A stretch of 64,000 bases of DNA, from the NCBI GenBank assembly GCA_963783375.1, contig CAWANH010000001.1, positions 96,001-160,000 of the forward strand, read 5' to 3'. Shown one piece after another: positions 1 to 9,481 of this stretch. Below the pieces are notes generated by a model. That model saw only the letters and a program-made list of their open reading frames with translations, searched no databases and was not told the origin of the DNA. A program made the translations under genes and the position numbers. Within the stretch, counting starts at the first letter, position 1. Every line of letters begins with the position of its first letter. The stretch comes from Candidatus Eiseniibacteriota bacterium. GTDB taxonomy: Bacteria > Eisenbacteria > RBG-16-71-46 > JABDJR01.

Positions 1-1
1 G

Positions 2-373
2 GGGGCGCCGGAAGGACCCGCGGATGGCGGTCGCATAGGCCTCGTTCCCCTCCACCCACCACCCCGACCAACCCTGCCAGAGCAGGAAGGAGGTGTTGTT
101 CTCGAGGCCGTCCCCCACCCCGATCTCCACGAAGGTGCGCGCGTCGACGCCGATCCGCCGGAAGATCTCCGCGATCGCCCCGTCCTCGCCCCCCTGGGAG
201 AAGACCTGCGCCTCGTGCCGGGCCAGCCTCCCCGGTTCCCGGTAGCGCTCCCGGGCGAGCAGGCGGTCCAGGTGATCCTGAACGCGCTCCGCCCGAAGCG
301 TAGCCACGTCCACCTGGAGCCGTTTGAGATCCCGCAGGATCGGAAGCCGTCCACCCAGTTCAGACATCCGCAT
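2..373 (-). CDS. SAM-dependent methyltransferase-like protein (FkbM-related), N-terminal part; runs off the window edge
   Basis: Manual translation from ATG at 373 (GGAGGT RBS upstream): MRMSELGG...FSQGGEDGAIAEIFRRIG...TFVEIGVGDGLENNT...GVWVEG, matching the SQxGEDG / ExGxxDG pattern of FkbM-like proteins. Overlaps the stop of the upstream gene. Confidence 0.65.
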   Translation of the reverse strand, partial: MRMSELGGRLPILRDLKRLQVDVATLRAERVQDHLDRLLARERYREPGRLARHEAQVFSQGGEDGAIAEIFRRIGVDARTFVEIGVGDGLENNTSFLLWQGWSGWWVEGNEAYATAIRGSFRRP

Positions 374-1241
374 CGTGATCACCTCCCGGGGACAAATCGT
401 TCTGGAGAATCCGTTCCACCGCGGCCAGGACCCGCCCCCCCGGCGGGTTCCAGCGGAGCTTGGCCAGGACCAGGGCAGGATACACGGCTCGGGTCAATTT
501 CCAGGTCCGGTCGTAGAGCGAGAGGAACTCGCAGCGGGTGTGGTGGGGGTTCCAGTCCACCAGATAGCGCCGGCGGTTGGTGACCGGGCTCCAGACGACG
601 TGGGGGCACCCGGAGAGCGAAGCCAGGTGCATGGGACCGCTGGAGGGCCCCACCGTCACCGCGGCCTGGGAGAGGGCGCCGGTCAGAGCTTCCAGGGAGA
701 TTCCCCGGAGGTCCCGCGTACCCGGCACCAGGTCGGCCCCGGTCGGAGTGCCGATCGAGGCCACGGAGAGCCCGCGGTCCCGGAGCGCGTGCACCAGGGT
801 CGCCCACTTCGCCACCGGCCAGCCGCGCACCGAGCCGAAGCTCCGGGAGCGCGCGTGAACCAGAACGTCGAAGCGCGGCCCTTCACCGGCGTAGCGGATG
901 AACCGCTGGCGGACGGTCTTCCCGAGAAAGTTCGCCGGATCGACGTGCAGGGTTCCCCGGAGCGGCGGGAGGAAAACGTCCCCCCGATCCCGGTCGGATT
1001 GGCCGAACTCGATGGACCGGGGGTCCACCCCCTCGCAGGCCCATCGATTGGCCCGGTCGCCGGGCACGTCCACCTCGACGTAGCGGGCGGCGAAATCCCG
1101 GTAGAGATGACCGTGGCCGGGGCGGCCGGCGACGATGAACTCGGCCCCGGGAATGCCGTCCTTGAAGGCCCGGAGCATCCCCTGCCAGTGGAAAAGCTCC
1201 CAGCCGAACTCCCCGATCCAGGGACCGGCGAAGATCCTCAT
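360..1241 (-). CDS. Glycosyltransferase family 9 (heptosyltransferase-like) protein
   Basis: C-terminal third of ORF 360..2882; real start MRIFAGPW at 1241 (ATGA overlap with upstream stop). GT9 motifs RGWPVAKW, DLRG.SLE, VGPSSGPMHLASL. Confidence 0.75.
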   Translation of the reverse strand: MRIFAGPWIGEFGWELFHWQGMLRAFKDGIPGAEFIVAGRPGHGHLYRDFAARYVEVDVPGDRANRWACEGVDPRSIEFGQSDRDRGDVFLPPLRGTLHVDPANFLGKTVRQRFIRYAGEGPRFDVLVHARSRSFGSVRGWPVAKWATLVHALRDRGLSVASIGTPTGADLVPGTRDLRGISLEALTGALSQAAVTVGPSSGPMHLASLSGCPHVVWSPVTNRRRYLVDWNPHHTRCEFLSLYDRTWKLTRAVYPALVLAKLRWNPPGGRVLAAVERILQNDLSPGGDHDADV

Positions 1242-2020
1242 CCCCGGTCCCCCACCACGCAGGTCGTGGAGGCCAGCGACCGCACGCAGAACCCCGACCC
1301 GGTGAGGAGCACCACGATCTCGTGCTTGTCCCGGTCGCACCGGCACACCACCCGGCGGGTGCGGGCCAGGGTTCCGGCGGCGCCCCGGAGCGCGGAGAGT
1401 TCGTCCCCCCCGAGGTCGATCTTGAGCACGTCGATCTCCGGGAGATCGCCGGTCAGCCGGTCCAGGGTGGTCCGGGGAACCTCGATGAGCTCGCCGGTTC
1501 CCTCGGTCGCCTCGACCGTCCGCTCCCCCACCGCCGCCGTCTCGAGCCGCCAGGCTCCCTCCAACCCGTTCTGCTCCAGGTTCCGGCGACACTGGGCGGC
1601 GGACCGCGGGTCCGCCTCCACCGCCAGCACGAAGGCCGAGCCCAGCCCGGCGGCCTGGGAGGAGTGGAAGCCGATAGCGGCCCCGGCGTCGACCAGCACC
1701 CTCCCTCGGGCCCGGAGCGGATCGAGGATCGCCCGCTCGGCGTCCTCCTCCCGGCCCGGCAGGACGCTCAGGGGGTCGTCGGTGCCCGCCCGCACCTCGA
1801 ACCGGGTCCCGTTCCGAAGGACGACCAGGAACGGCCGGCGGGCGACGGGAAGGGGGCGTCGGCTGCGCCATCCGTATCGGAGCAGATCGACGAGGGCGGA
1901 TTCCCAGAGTGCGGTTCGCGGGGTGGGGCCGGTCCGCCGGCCCAGCCGCCACCAGAACAACCAGCGCGAAACCGGAGTCGAGCCCGCCACTTTCCGAAGC
2001 GTGTTCCGCGCCAGACCCAT
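1238..2020 (-). CDS. FkbM family methyltransferase
   Basis: VLVDAGAAIGFHS (SAM motif I), AVEADP, TTLD, IDVLKIDLGGDELSALRGA. Confidence 0.75.
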   Translation of the reverse strand: MGLARNTLRKVAGSTPVSRWLFWWRLGRRTGPTPRTALWESALVDLLRYGWRSRRPLPVARRPFLVVLRNGTRFEVRAGTDDPLSVLPGREEDAERAILDPLRARGRVLVDAGAAIGFHSSQAAGLGSAFVLAVEADPRSAAQCRRNLEQNGLEGAWRLETAAVGERTVEATEGTGELIEVPRTTLDRLTGDLPEIDVLKIDLGGDELSALRGAAGTLARTRRVVCRCDRDKHEIVVLLTGSGFCVRSLASTTCVVGDRG

Positions 2021-2062
2021 GTCGTCCCTGCTCTCCCGGGCTCGGTGCCTTGCGTCCCGGCG

Positions 2063-3328
2063 CTACCGGGATTCCCCCTGCGCTCGATCGGAAGACGCGA
2101 GGGCCGGCGCGAGGTCGACCCCGGCCAGCTCCGCCGTCCGCTCCATGACCGCGGCCAGGCGGGTGTCGGGGGTCGAGGCCCCGGCGGTGAACCCGATCCT
2201 GATCGATCCCTCCGCGGGAAGCCACCCCGAGGTCTCCACGAGGTCCAGCGTTCCCACCGGCTGATGGCGGATCCGTCCCCGCTCCAGGTTCCCGGCGTCC
2301 TCGATGTGGTAGGTCGGGATGGCCCGCGCGCCGGCGATCCGGGCCAGGTTCCGGGTGTTGGAGGAGTTGAACCCCCCCACCACCAGCATGAGATCGGGGG
2401 TGCGCCGCTCCACCAGGGCCACCATGGCGTCCTGGTTCTCCTGGGTGGCGTTGCAGATGGTGTCGAAATCGCGGAAGTGCTCGGCCAGGGCAGCGTCGCC
2501 GTGCCGGCGGCGGACCGCATCCTCGATCATCCGCCCGATCTCGCGGCTCTCCGAGGCCATCATCGTGGTCTGGTTGATGAGGGCCACGCGATCCAGGTCG
2601 CGTTCGGGGTCGAACCCCGGGGAGATCCCCCGGCCCAGCCGGGTCACGAGGGTCTCCGCGTCGACCGCGCCCTCGATGAAGTCGCAGACCGTCCGGGCCT
2701 CCTCCGGATCCCGCACCACCAGGTAGCGCCCCCCCTCGTGGACGATCAGCGAGCAGGTGGCCAGGGTCTCGGCGTGGCCGAGGGTGGCGTGGATGACGGT
2801 GGTGAAACCGGCCTCGATGTTCCGCTTGGTGCGGAGGTGCGGCTTCAGCACCCAGGGGCAGGTGGTGTCGATCACCGTGCAACCGATCTCCTGAAGACGC
2901 TCCACGTCCTCCACCTCGGCGCTGAAGGCGGGGATGATGGCCACGTCCTCGGCCGACACCCGCTCGAACCCGCCCGGCTCCGCGTAAGTCCCCTTGATGA
3001 ACCGGGCCCCCCGGGCGATGAAGTCACGGTTCACCCCGGGGTTGTGGATGATCTCGTTCAGGATCCAGATGCGCTTCCCGGGATAGGCGTCGATGGCCTG
3101 CTGGACGATGTCCACCGCCTTGTCCACCCCCCAGCAGAAACCGAACCTCTCCGCCACCTCCAGGGTGAGCCGCCCCACGGTGATCCGGTGGCCGTGGGTA
3201 CGCAGATGGTCCACCAGCGCGCTCCCATAGCTCTGGCGCTCGTCGGCCGACGAGCCGGCGCGCCCTTCGGCGTCGGCTCCCCGCACCAGGGTGGTGCCCT
3301 TGATGATCTCTTTTCGGGGGTGGCTCAT
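2063..3328 (-). CDS. ispH: 4-hydroxy-3-methylbut-2-enyl diphosphate reductase
   Basis: FGFCWGV, NEIIHNP, DTTCPWV, NQTTM, DTICNATQENQ, VGGFNSSNT, TAGASTPD; three Fe-S cysteines present. Confidence 0.95.
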   Translation of the reverse strand: MSHPRKEIIKGTTLVRGADAEGRAGSSADERQSYGSALVDHLRTHGHRITVGRLTLEVAERFGFCWGVDKAVDIVQQAIDAYPGKRIWILNEIIHNPGVNRDFIARGARFIKGTYAEPGGFERVSAEDVAIIPAFSAEVEDVERLQEIGCTVIDTTCPWVLKPHLRTKRNIEAGFTTVIHATLGHAETLATCSLIVHEGGRYLVVRDPEEARTVCDFIEGAVDAETLVTRLGRGISPGFDPERDLDRVALINQTTMMASESREIGRMIEDAVRRRHGDAALAEHFRDFDTICNATQENQDAMVALVERRTPDLMLVVGGFNSSNTRNLARIAGARAIPTYHIEDAGNLERGRIRHQPVGTLDLVETSGWLPAEGSIRIGFTAGASTPDTRLAAVMERTAELAGVDLAPALASSDRAQGESR

Positions 3329-3430
3329 GGTGGTGTTCCGGGAAGGGGCGGCGCCCGGGCCGGGCTCCGGTGCGCGCCCTCCGAGGCCTCGGAAGAGGCC
3401 CCGGAGAGGGCGGGAGGAGCCGCCGGCGCC

Positions 3431-5455
3431 CTACCCCTTCAGAAGCCGATCGAACCAGCCGGTGATCCGCTTCAGCCGCTCCAGACGGTTCTGGGGGCGG
3501 CCGGCCCGGGAGAGCCCGTGGGGCTCACCCTCGAAGCGGACGAACTCCACGTCCTTCTTCAATACCTTGAGAGCGGTGTAGAGTTCCTCGGCCTGGGACA
3601 CCGGACAGCGGTGATCCTCCTCGCTGTGGATGATGAGGAGCGGGGTCTTGACGTTCTTCACGTAGCGGATGGGCGACATGCGCAGGTACTCGAGCGCGCT
3701 CTCGTCGTCGTCCCACGGACGGCCGGTGAACTCCCACTCGAAGTCGTACCCGTAGTCGCTCTCCCCGTAGAAGGAGTAGAGGTTCACCACGCTCCGCTGG
3801 GTGGCCGCGGCCTTGAACCGGTCGGTGTGCCCCACGATCCAGTTGGTCATGTAGCCGCCGTAGGAGCCGCCGGTCACCCCCATCCGGGCCTCGTCCACGT
3901 AATCGAGCCCGGCCAGGTGATCGGTGGCGGCCATCATGTCCACGTAGTCCGCCCCGCCCCAGTCCTTGTGGATGGCCTTGGTGAAGGCCTCGCCGTAGCC
4001 CTGGCTCCCCCGCGGGTTGGTCCACATGACCACGTAGCCGAGGCCGGCCAGGAGCTGGATCTCGTGGAAGAAGGTGTGGCCGTACATCATGTGCGGCCCG
4101 CCGTGGATCTCCAGGATCGCGGGGTACCTTTCCCCGGCCTGGAATCCGTGGGGCTTCAGGATCCAGCCCTGAACCTTGATTCCGTCCTCGCTGGGGATCC
4201 AGACCTCTTCCGGCTCGCCGATCCGGTAGGTCTCCAGGAACTCCCGGTTGTGGGCGGTCAGGACCCGCGGGGCGCCGCTCTCGGACGGATCCAGCACCGC
4301 GACCTCGGCCGGGTTCAGGTGGTCGCTCACCAGGAGCGCGATCCGCCCGCGGCTCTTGTCGGCGGAGAGTCCGCCCAGCTCGCGGCCGGCCGGGGTGATC
4401 CGGTCCACCTTGCCGCCGGCCACCGGCACCCGGCAGATGTAGACGCTCCCGCTGTCGCTCATGAGGAACAGGAGCGACTTGCCGTCGGCGGACCAGATCG
4501 GGGGCTCCTCGCCGTTCCCCGCCTCGCGGGAGTCGGAGATCGAGTAGTTGGCGGCCATCCGCCCGAGGTCGGGGGTGACGTCGGTGGGCTCGCCCCCCGC
4601 CGCCGGGACGGTGAAGACGTGCATGTCCTTCCAGAACGACTCCCCTTTCTCGCCGAAGCGGCCGATGAAGGCCACGGTCTTGGCGTCCGGGGAGAAGGAC
4701 GGGGCCAGGTTGGGCCCGTAGGCGGTGGTGAGCCGCGTGAGGGCGCCGCCGCTCGCCGGCACCAGACAGATGTCGGCATTGTCCAGGTTGTGCTCCGGTT
4801 CGGGGAGCCGGTTGGAGACGAAGAGCACCGTCTTCCCGTCGGGGGAGAAGACCGGGGAAGCGTCGTTGGTCTCGCCGTCGGTGAGCTGGGTCGCCTCGCC
4901 GGTTTCGGCATCGATCAGGTAGAGGTGGAAGTAGGTGCCGAAGAGGAACCCGTCGCCGTCCTCCTTGATATGGAGGGTGGTGTGCACCTTGTACTGGGGG
5001 CGCTTCGCCGCGCGGTCCTCCTTGTTCGCCTGTCGCCGTTCCTTCTCCTCGTCGCTCAGGGGGCGGTAGGCCACCACCAGGCGCTTCCCGTCCGGGGCCC
5101 AGGCCAGAGCCGAGATGGCGCCGTCCAGGTCGGTGAGCCGGCGGGCCTCGCCGCCGTCCAGGGGAAGGAGGTGGACCTGCTGCTTCTTCTCGTGGCGGTT
5201 GGAGACGAAGGCCAGGGTGCGGCCGTCCGGGGACCACCGGGGCATGGCGTCGACGGTGTCGCCGAAGGTGAGCCGCCGGGGCTCCCCGCCGGTGGAGGGA
5301 ACGAGATGGAGGCTCACCCCGTACTTGTTCTCCTCGTAGTTGGCGTTCTTCACGCAGTAGGCAATCTGCTTCCCGTCCGGGGAGAGACGCGGGTCGCCGA
5401 CGAAGGCGAGCTCGAACAGGGACTCCGGGGTGACGGGCCGTTGCTTTTCGGTCAT
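3431..5455 (-). CDS. S9 family (prolyl oligopeptidase/acylaminoacyl) peptidase with PD40/TolB-like propeller
   Basis: Start MTEKQRPV at 5455 with GGAGG RBS; repeated WSPDG/FSPDG units; IHGGP, GGSYGG nucleophile, EDHRC, EPHG triad. Confidence 0.92.
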   Translation of the reverse strand: MTEKQRPVTPESLFELAFVGDPRLSPDGKQIAYCVKNANYEENKYGVSLHLVPSTGGEPRRLTFGDTVDAMPRWSPDGRTLAFVSNRHEKKQQVHLLPLDGGEARRLTDLDGAISALAWAPDGKRLVVAYRPLSDEEKERRQANKEDRAAKRPQYKVHTTLHIKEDGDGFLFGTYFHLYLIDAETGEATQLTDGETNDASPVFSPDGKTVLFVSNRLPEPEHNLDNADICLVPASGGALTRLTTAYGPNLAPSFSPDAKTVAFIGRFGEKGESFWKDMHVFTVPAAGGEPTDVTPDLGRMAANYSISDSREAGNGEEPPIWSADGKSLLFLMSDSGSVYICRVPVAGGKVDRITPAGRELGGLSADKSRGRIALLVSDHLNPAEVAVLDPSESGAPRVLTAHNREFLETYRIGEPEEVWIPSEDGIKVQGWILKPHGFQAGERYPAILEIHGGPHMMYGHTFFHEIQLLAGLGYVVMWTNPRGSQGYGEAFTKAIHKDWGGADYVDMMAATDHLAGLDYVDEARMGVTGGSYGGYMTNWIVGHTDRFKAAATQRSVVNLYSFYGESDYGYDFEWEFTGRPWDDDESALEYLRMSPIRYVKNVKTPLLIIHSEEDHRCPVSQAEELYTALKVLKKDVEFVRFEGEPHGLSRAGRPQNRLERLKRITGWFDRLLKG

Positions 5456-5622
5456 GACTCCTCCACTGGGCGTGGCGGCCGGGCATTCGGACCGCCGCAA
5501 ATCGCCGGGACGGGGTGTAATGCAGACCGACGAGGATACCATGCCGGCCTGGAGAGGGGCGAGCCGGGGGGTACCCGGGTGGAACCCGCTCGGCAGACCC
5601 CGCGCGCCATGGGGCCCCGCGC

Positions 5623-6276
5623 TCAGTGCGCCTTGCTTCGCGGAGGGTCTTTCGAGGCTCCCGGCAGGAAGGGCCATCCGTACCGGTCCGCGAGCCACCT
5701 CGTCCAGTCTCCGGGAGGGTTGCCCAGGTATTCGACTGCCGGACCCAGCCCCTCGCCCAGGGCGCCGGACTCCAGGTCCCCGTTCCAGATGGCGAGACGG
5801 AATTCGCGGCCGGTCCGGACGGCGCCGTACAGGAGGAACCGCTTCGCGGAGATCCACTCGGCCGCCTGGAAGCTCGCGGACAATCCCGGGCTCATGATCA
5901 GCGTAGCCTTGCCGGTCGATCGGTCGACCAGCCAGACGTTCCAGGAATCCTCGTGCTGGATGGACCAGCCGTCGGCCGTCCAGGTGGTGACGTCGGACAG
6001 GTATTGCAGGGCGTGGAGCGAGTCGGGTGAGAACTCGGCCAAGCGCATGAAGGTGCCGGGAAGTTCGGCCGGATCGAGCCGGACCGGCTTCGAGGGAAAC
6101 AGATTCCGGATCCCGGCCGGGGAGAACGTAGCGTCCGCGGGCTGGTTCCAGAGCGCGAGCCAGTGGGAGCGAACGCCCGCCGGTGGTTCAGCCCGGGTCG
6201 TTCCCGGCACCCCGATGAACAGGAGAACTCCCAGAAGCACCGGCACCGATCCCGGCCATCCCTGGATCTGTCTCAT
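5623..6276 (-). CDS. Hypothetical secreted protein
   Basis: ATG at 6276 overlaps the upstream stop (ATGA); hydrophobic signal VPVLLGVLLFIGVPGTTRA; Trp-rich mature region with FSPD motif. Confidence 0.6.
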   Translation of the reverse strand: MRQIQGWPGSVPVLLGVLLFIGVPGTTRAEPPAGVRSHWLALWNQPADATFSPAGIRNLFPSKPVRLDPAELPGTFMRLAEFSPDSLHALQYLSDVTTWTADGWSIQHEDSWNVWLVDRSTGKATLIMSPGLSASFQAAEWISAKRFLLYGAVRTGREFRLAIWNGDLESGALGEGLGPAVEYLGNPPGDWTRWLADRYGWPFLPGASKDPPRSKAH

Positions 6277-6818
6277 TCGTCCTCCCGGCCCCGGTCGGCC
6301 CGGCCAGGTTCCGCGTCGTCGGCATCCGATCCGCCCAGCTCGCCGGCCACCGTCATCAGTTCGTGCAGGCGGTGGATGAACCGGCCGACCGGCGCCCCGT
6401 CGGTGACCGCGTGATCGAACACCACGCTCAAAGCGAGGATGTCCCGCCTCCCATCGACACCCGCCCGCCGCGCGATCCCCCCCACCCCGATCCCCAGCGG
6501 GTGCAGCGCCGGCGGAATCCCCCGGGTCAGGAGACCCGGGACCGCCATTCCCGGAGCGGTCACCACGACCGTGCCCATGGTCTGCTTGACCCGGGTGGGG
6601 TTCCGAAGGAACCGGCGCCAGAACACCAGGTCCCGCAGCCAGGCGGGAAGCCGGAAGAACAAGGGCTGGAGCCGCGCCAGCGCGGCGGTGACGTCGACCT
6701 CGAGCAGGATGGGGACCGCCAGACGCTTCTTGGCCCAGCGAATCGTATCGATGGTGGCGTTCCGTTCGGGACGGAACGGGACGACCTCGTGCGGGCCGAC
6801 CCGGCGGACATCGCGCAT
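6273..6818 (-). CDS. Short 2-oxoacid dehydrogenase E2/CAT-like acyltransferase catalytic-domain protein
   Basis: EVDVT, GTVVVT..GM, LSVVFDHAVTDGAP (DHxxxDG catalytic motif); AGGAG RBS. No lipoyl domain. Confidence 0.7.
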   Translation of the reverse strand: MRDVRRVGPHEVVPFRPERNATIDTIRWAKKRLAVPILLEVDVTAALARLQPLFFRLPAWLRDLVFWRRFLRNPTRVKQTMGTVVVTAPGMAVPGLLTRGIPPALHPLGIGVGGIARRAGVDGRRDILALSVVFDHAVTDGAPVGRFIHRLHELMTVAGELGGSDADDAEPGRADRGREDE

Positions 6819-6835
6819 GTCTCCCCTCCTCCCCC

Positions 6836-6855
6836 GCGTTCACCCGGGTGAACGC
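6836..6855. repeat. Perfect 20-bp palindrome GCGTTCACCCGGGTGAACGC
   Basis: Read directly; intergenic, just upstream of the RBS of 6273..6818. Confidence 0.6.
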
Positions 6856-6898
6856 CCGGCGGTCCCGGTGAGGGCGACGGACATCCGGCGACCGCGGG

Positions 6899-8116
6899 TC
6901 AGCCCAGGGACGCCGCGATCACCTCCACCGCCTCGTCCAGGAGCTTCTCGTCGATGGTCAGCGGCGGCGTGAGGCGGATCACGTGGTCGTGGTGGAGCGT
7001 CCACCCGAGGAGCACGCCGCGCTCGCGGCACCGCTCCACCAGGGCGCGGGCCACCGCCCCCGAGACCAGCTCGATCCCCACGAATAGCCCGAGGCCCCGG
7101 ATGTCGCGCACCGCGGCGTGGGCGCCCACCGCGTCCCGCAACCGGGCACGGAACCGCTCCCCCACCCGTTCCGAGCGGGCGGGGAGCCGATCGGCCAGAA
7201 GCACCCGGAGCGCGGCCCGTCCCGCCGCGCAGGAGACCGGGTGGCCGCCGAAGGTGGTGACGTGGGCGAGGGGCGGGTCGTGGGTCAGGGTGTCGAGGAG
7301 CGCCGAGCTTCCCAGGAACGCGCCCAACGGGTAGCCGCCCCCCAGCGCCTTGGCCAGGACCAGGAGGTCCGGCGTCACCCCCCACCGCTCGCCGGCGAAG
7401 AGGCGACCGGTGCGGCCGAACCCGGTCATCACCTCGTCGAAGATGAGAAGCGCGCCGGTCTCGCGGCAGCGGGCGGCCAACGCGGGGAGGAAGTCGTCAG
7501 GCGGAACGCGCACCCCGCCCTCCCCCTGCACCGGCTCCACGATCGCCGCCGCCGTCGTCTCGTCGATGGCGGTCAGGGCGTCCACGGCGCCGAACGGCAG
7601 CACCGACACGGGCCCCAGAAGCGGCTTGAAGGGATCCTGGTAACTCGCGTTTCCGGCGACGCTAAGCGCTCCGAAGGTGTCGCCGTGATAAGCCCCCTCG
7701 AAGGCCACGAACCCGGCGCGTCCGGTGGCCTTCCGCGCGGTCTTGAGCGCCCCCTCCACCGCCTCGGCCCCGCTGTTCACGAAGTAGGCCCGGTCGAGCC
7801 CGGCGGGGGCGGCGGCGCAGAGTTCCGCCGCATGGAGCGCCTGCTCCTCCTGGACGTACTCCCCGTAAACCATGACGTGATGGTGGCGGCGGTTCTGGCG
7901 CTCCACCGCGGCCACCACCGCGGGGTGGGTGTGACCGAGGTTGGCCACCCCGATCCCGGCCAGGAGGTCCAGGTAGCGGCGGCCGTCGGGGGTGAAGAGC
8001 CAGGGGCCCTCCGCCCGGTCCACCACGATCCCGATCGGCTCGGAGGACGTGGCCGCGAGGTGGTCGTCGAACGCGCGCCGCCACCCCTCGGATCCGCTCG
8101 AAGTCGACCCGCTCAT
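6899..8116 (-). CDS. Class III PLP-dependent aminotransferase (acetylornithine aminotransferase-like)
   Basis: [64 protein letters not shown]. Confidence 0.9.
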   Translation of the reverse strand: MSGSTSSGSEGWRRAFDDHLAATSSEPIGIVVDRAEGPWLFTPDGRRYLDLLAGIGVANLGHTHPAVVAAVERQNRRHHHVMVYGEYVQEEQALHAAELCAAAPAGLDRAYFVNSGAEAVEGALKTARKATGRAGFVAFEGAYHGDTFGALSVAGNASYQDPFKPLLGPVSVLPFGAVDALTAIDETTAAAIVEPVQGEGGVRVPPDDFLPALAARCRETGALLIFDEVMTGFGRTGRLFAGERWGVTPDLLVLAKALGGGYPLGAFLGSSALLDTLTHDPPLAHVTTFGGHPVSCAAGRAALRVLLADRLPARSERVGERFRARLRDAVGAHAAVRDIRGLGLFVGIELVSGAVARALVERCRERGVLLGWTLHHDHVIRLTPPLTIDEKLLDEAVEVIAASLG

Positions 8117-8121
8117 CCCCT

Positions 8122-9414
8122 TCAATGCCTTCCGGTTGCCCGGTGGATGATGCGGCCGTTTCGAAGCATCTCGGCCAAGCCCGACCGCCCGTCGGCCCGC
8201 CAGCCGGCGGGGGGGTCCTGGAGCCGCTGGAGGAGGGCGGTGAAGGGCACGCCGCCCTTGGTGGCGGTCTCCCGCCAGCCACGCTCATGGGAGCCCAGGA
8301 ACGCCAACCCCATCCCCTGGATCTCACGCCCCTTCGGCGAGCGGAGGAGGGTGGTCATGGACTTCATGGAGAGCCGGCGGGTGATGCGCACGACCCGGGC
8401 CGGCGGGCCGGCGTGGAGCGAGGGCGCGTGGTCCCAGACCACCGTCCAGGCCGTGCCCTTGGGAGCGAGGATCCCCACCGTCTTTCCGTCCCCCATCTGG
8501 TAGCGGGAACGGAAACCGTGGATCTCCGAGGCCTCGGCGGGGGTTCGGGGACGCGCGGGCCATCGCCGCTCCCACAGGGCCAGGGCCTCGGCCAGACGGG
8601 TCGCGAACCGCCGGCAGTCCCCGCCCACGAAGAGGACCCGCGGCGAGAGACAGCCACCCTGGTCCCAGAGTGCGATCTCCCGCGCCGCCTCCTCCCACCA
8701 CACGTCCGAGGCGTTCCGCCAGCCGAGCCCCAGGATGCCGATCGAGTACTTCGGACCGTAGAGGAGCACGGGGCCGGCCACCCGGCGGCGAAGCGAGCCC
8801 ATGGCTCCCTCCCCCCCGCTGGCCACCACGAAGTCCACCTCGCCGAAGACCCGGGACTCCACCGACTCGTCGCCCCCCTTCCAGTTCTGGATCTGGACCG
8901 CGGCCCCCAGGGCCGGCGCCGCCCGATCCAGGCTTTCCTTCATGAGCGGCGCGGTGACCGCCTCCCCCGAGGCCGGCTTCACCACCACCGCGCTCCGGGC
9001 CAACAGCGCCTCGATGATCGCGGGGAGCGCCAAGCCGGTCACGTTGCCGGCCAGGATCTGGGCCACCACCTCGGGGCCGGCGGCCGGCGCGGGATCGGGG
9101 GCGGGAGCGGGAACCGAGGGCCGGCGTCCCCGCCCCGGGGCGGGAGCGGCAAAGGCCGCGGCTTCGGTCCGGGCTTCGGCGAGCCAGCGGGCCAGGGACG
9201 CGCGGTCGTGGGCGGCCAGCATCCGGGCCAGCCCGTAACGGACCATGGCCCGGCTCATGCCGCGGGACTCCGAGAGGTCCAAGGCCGCCCGGTCGGCGTA
9301 GCCATCCCGCTCGGCCCAAAGTGTGAGAGCGGCTTCGATACCCCCCAGCACCTCATCATCCGTCAGGGAAGCCAGGGCGGCCGATGCCGCGCGAAGGCGT
9401 TCCAGCGCACTCAT
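8122..9414 (-). CDS. LuxC-like acyl-CoA reductase
   Basis: ILAGNV, VVKPAS, VASGG, YGPKYS, WDQGGCLSP (catalytic Cys context), LQDPPAGWRADG. Start MSALERL at 9414. Confidence 0.8.
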   Translation of the reverse strand: MSALERLRAASAALASLTDDEVLGGIEAALTLWAERDGYADRAALDLSESRGMSRAMVRYGLARMLAAHDRASLARWLAEARTEAAAFAAPAPGRGRRPSVPAPAPDPAPAAGPEVVAQILAGNVTGLALPAIIEALLARSAVVVKPASGEAVTAPLMKESLDRAAPALGAAVQIQNWKGGDESVESRVFGEVDFVVASGGEGAMGSLRRRVAGPVLLYGPKYSIGILGLGWRNASDVWWEEAAREIALWDQGGCLSPRVLFVGGDCRRFATRLAEALALWERRWPARPRTPAEASEIHGFRSRYQMGDGKTVGILAPKGTAWTVVWDHAPSLHAGPPARVVRITRRLSMKSMTTLLRSPKGREIQGMGLAFLGSHERGWRETATKGGVPFTALLQRLQDPPAGWRADGRSGLAEMLRNGRIIHRATGRH

Positions 9415-9481
9415 GGGGAAGAGATTCCCAGGAAGCGGGCGTGGACGCAAGCGCGGGATTGCCCGCCGGGGCGGGCCGGCG

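Noticed and set aside
324-6379. Very long plus-strand ORFs (646 aa, 1685 aa) and similar giants elsewhere (17786..21001, 24005..26794, 53817..57104)
   Set aside because: Antisense or off-frame shadows of real genes in high-GC DNA; low-complexity Arg/Gly/Pro translations with no motifs.
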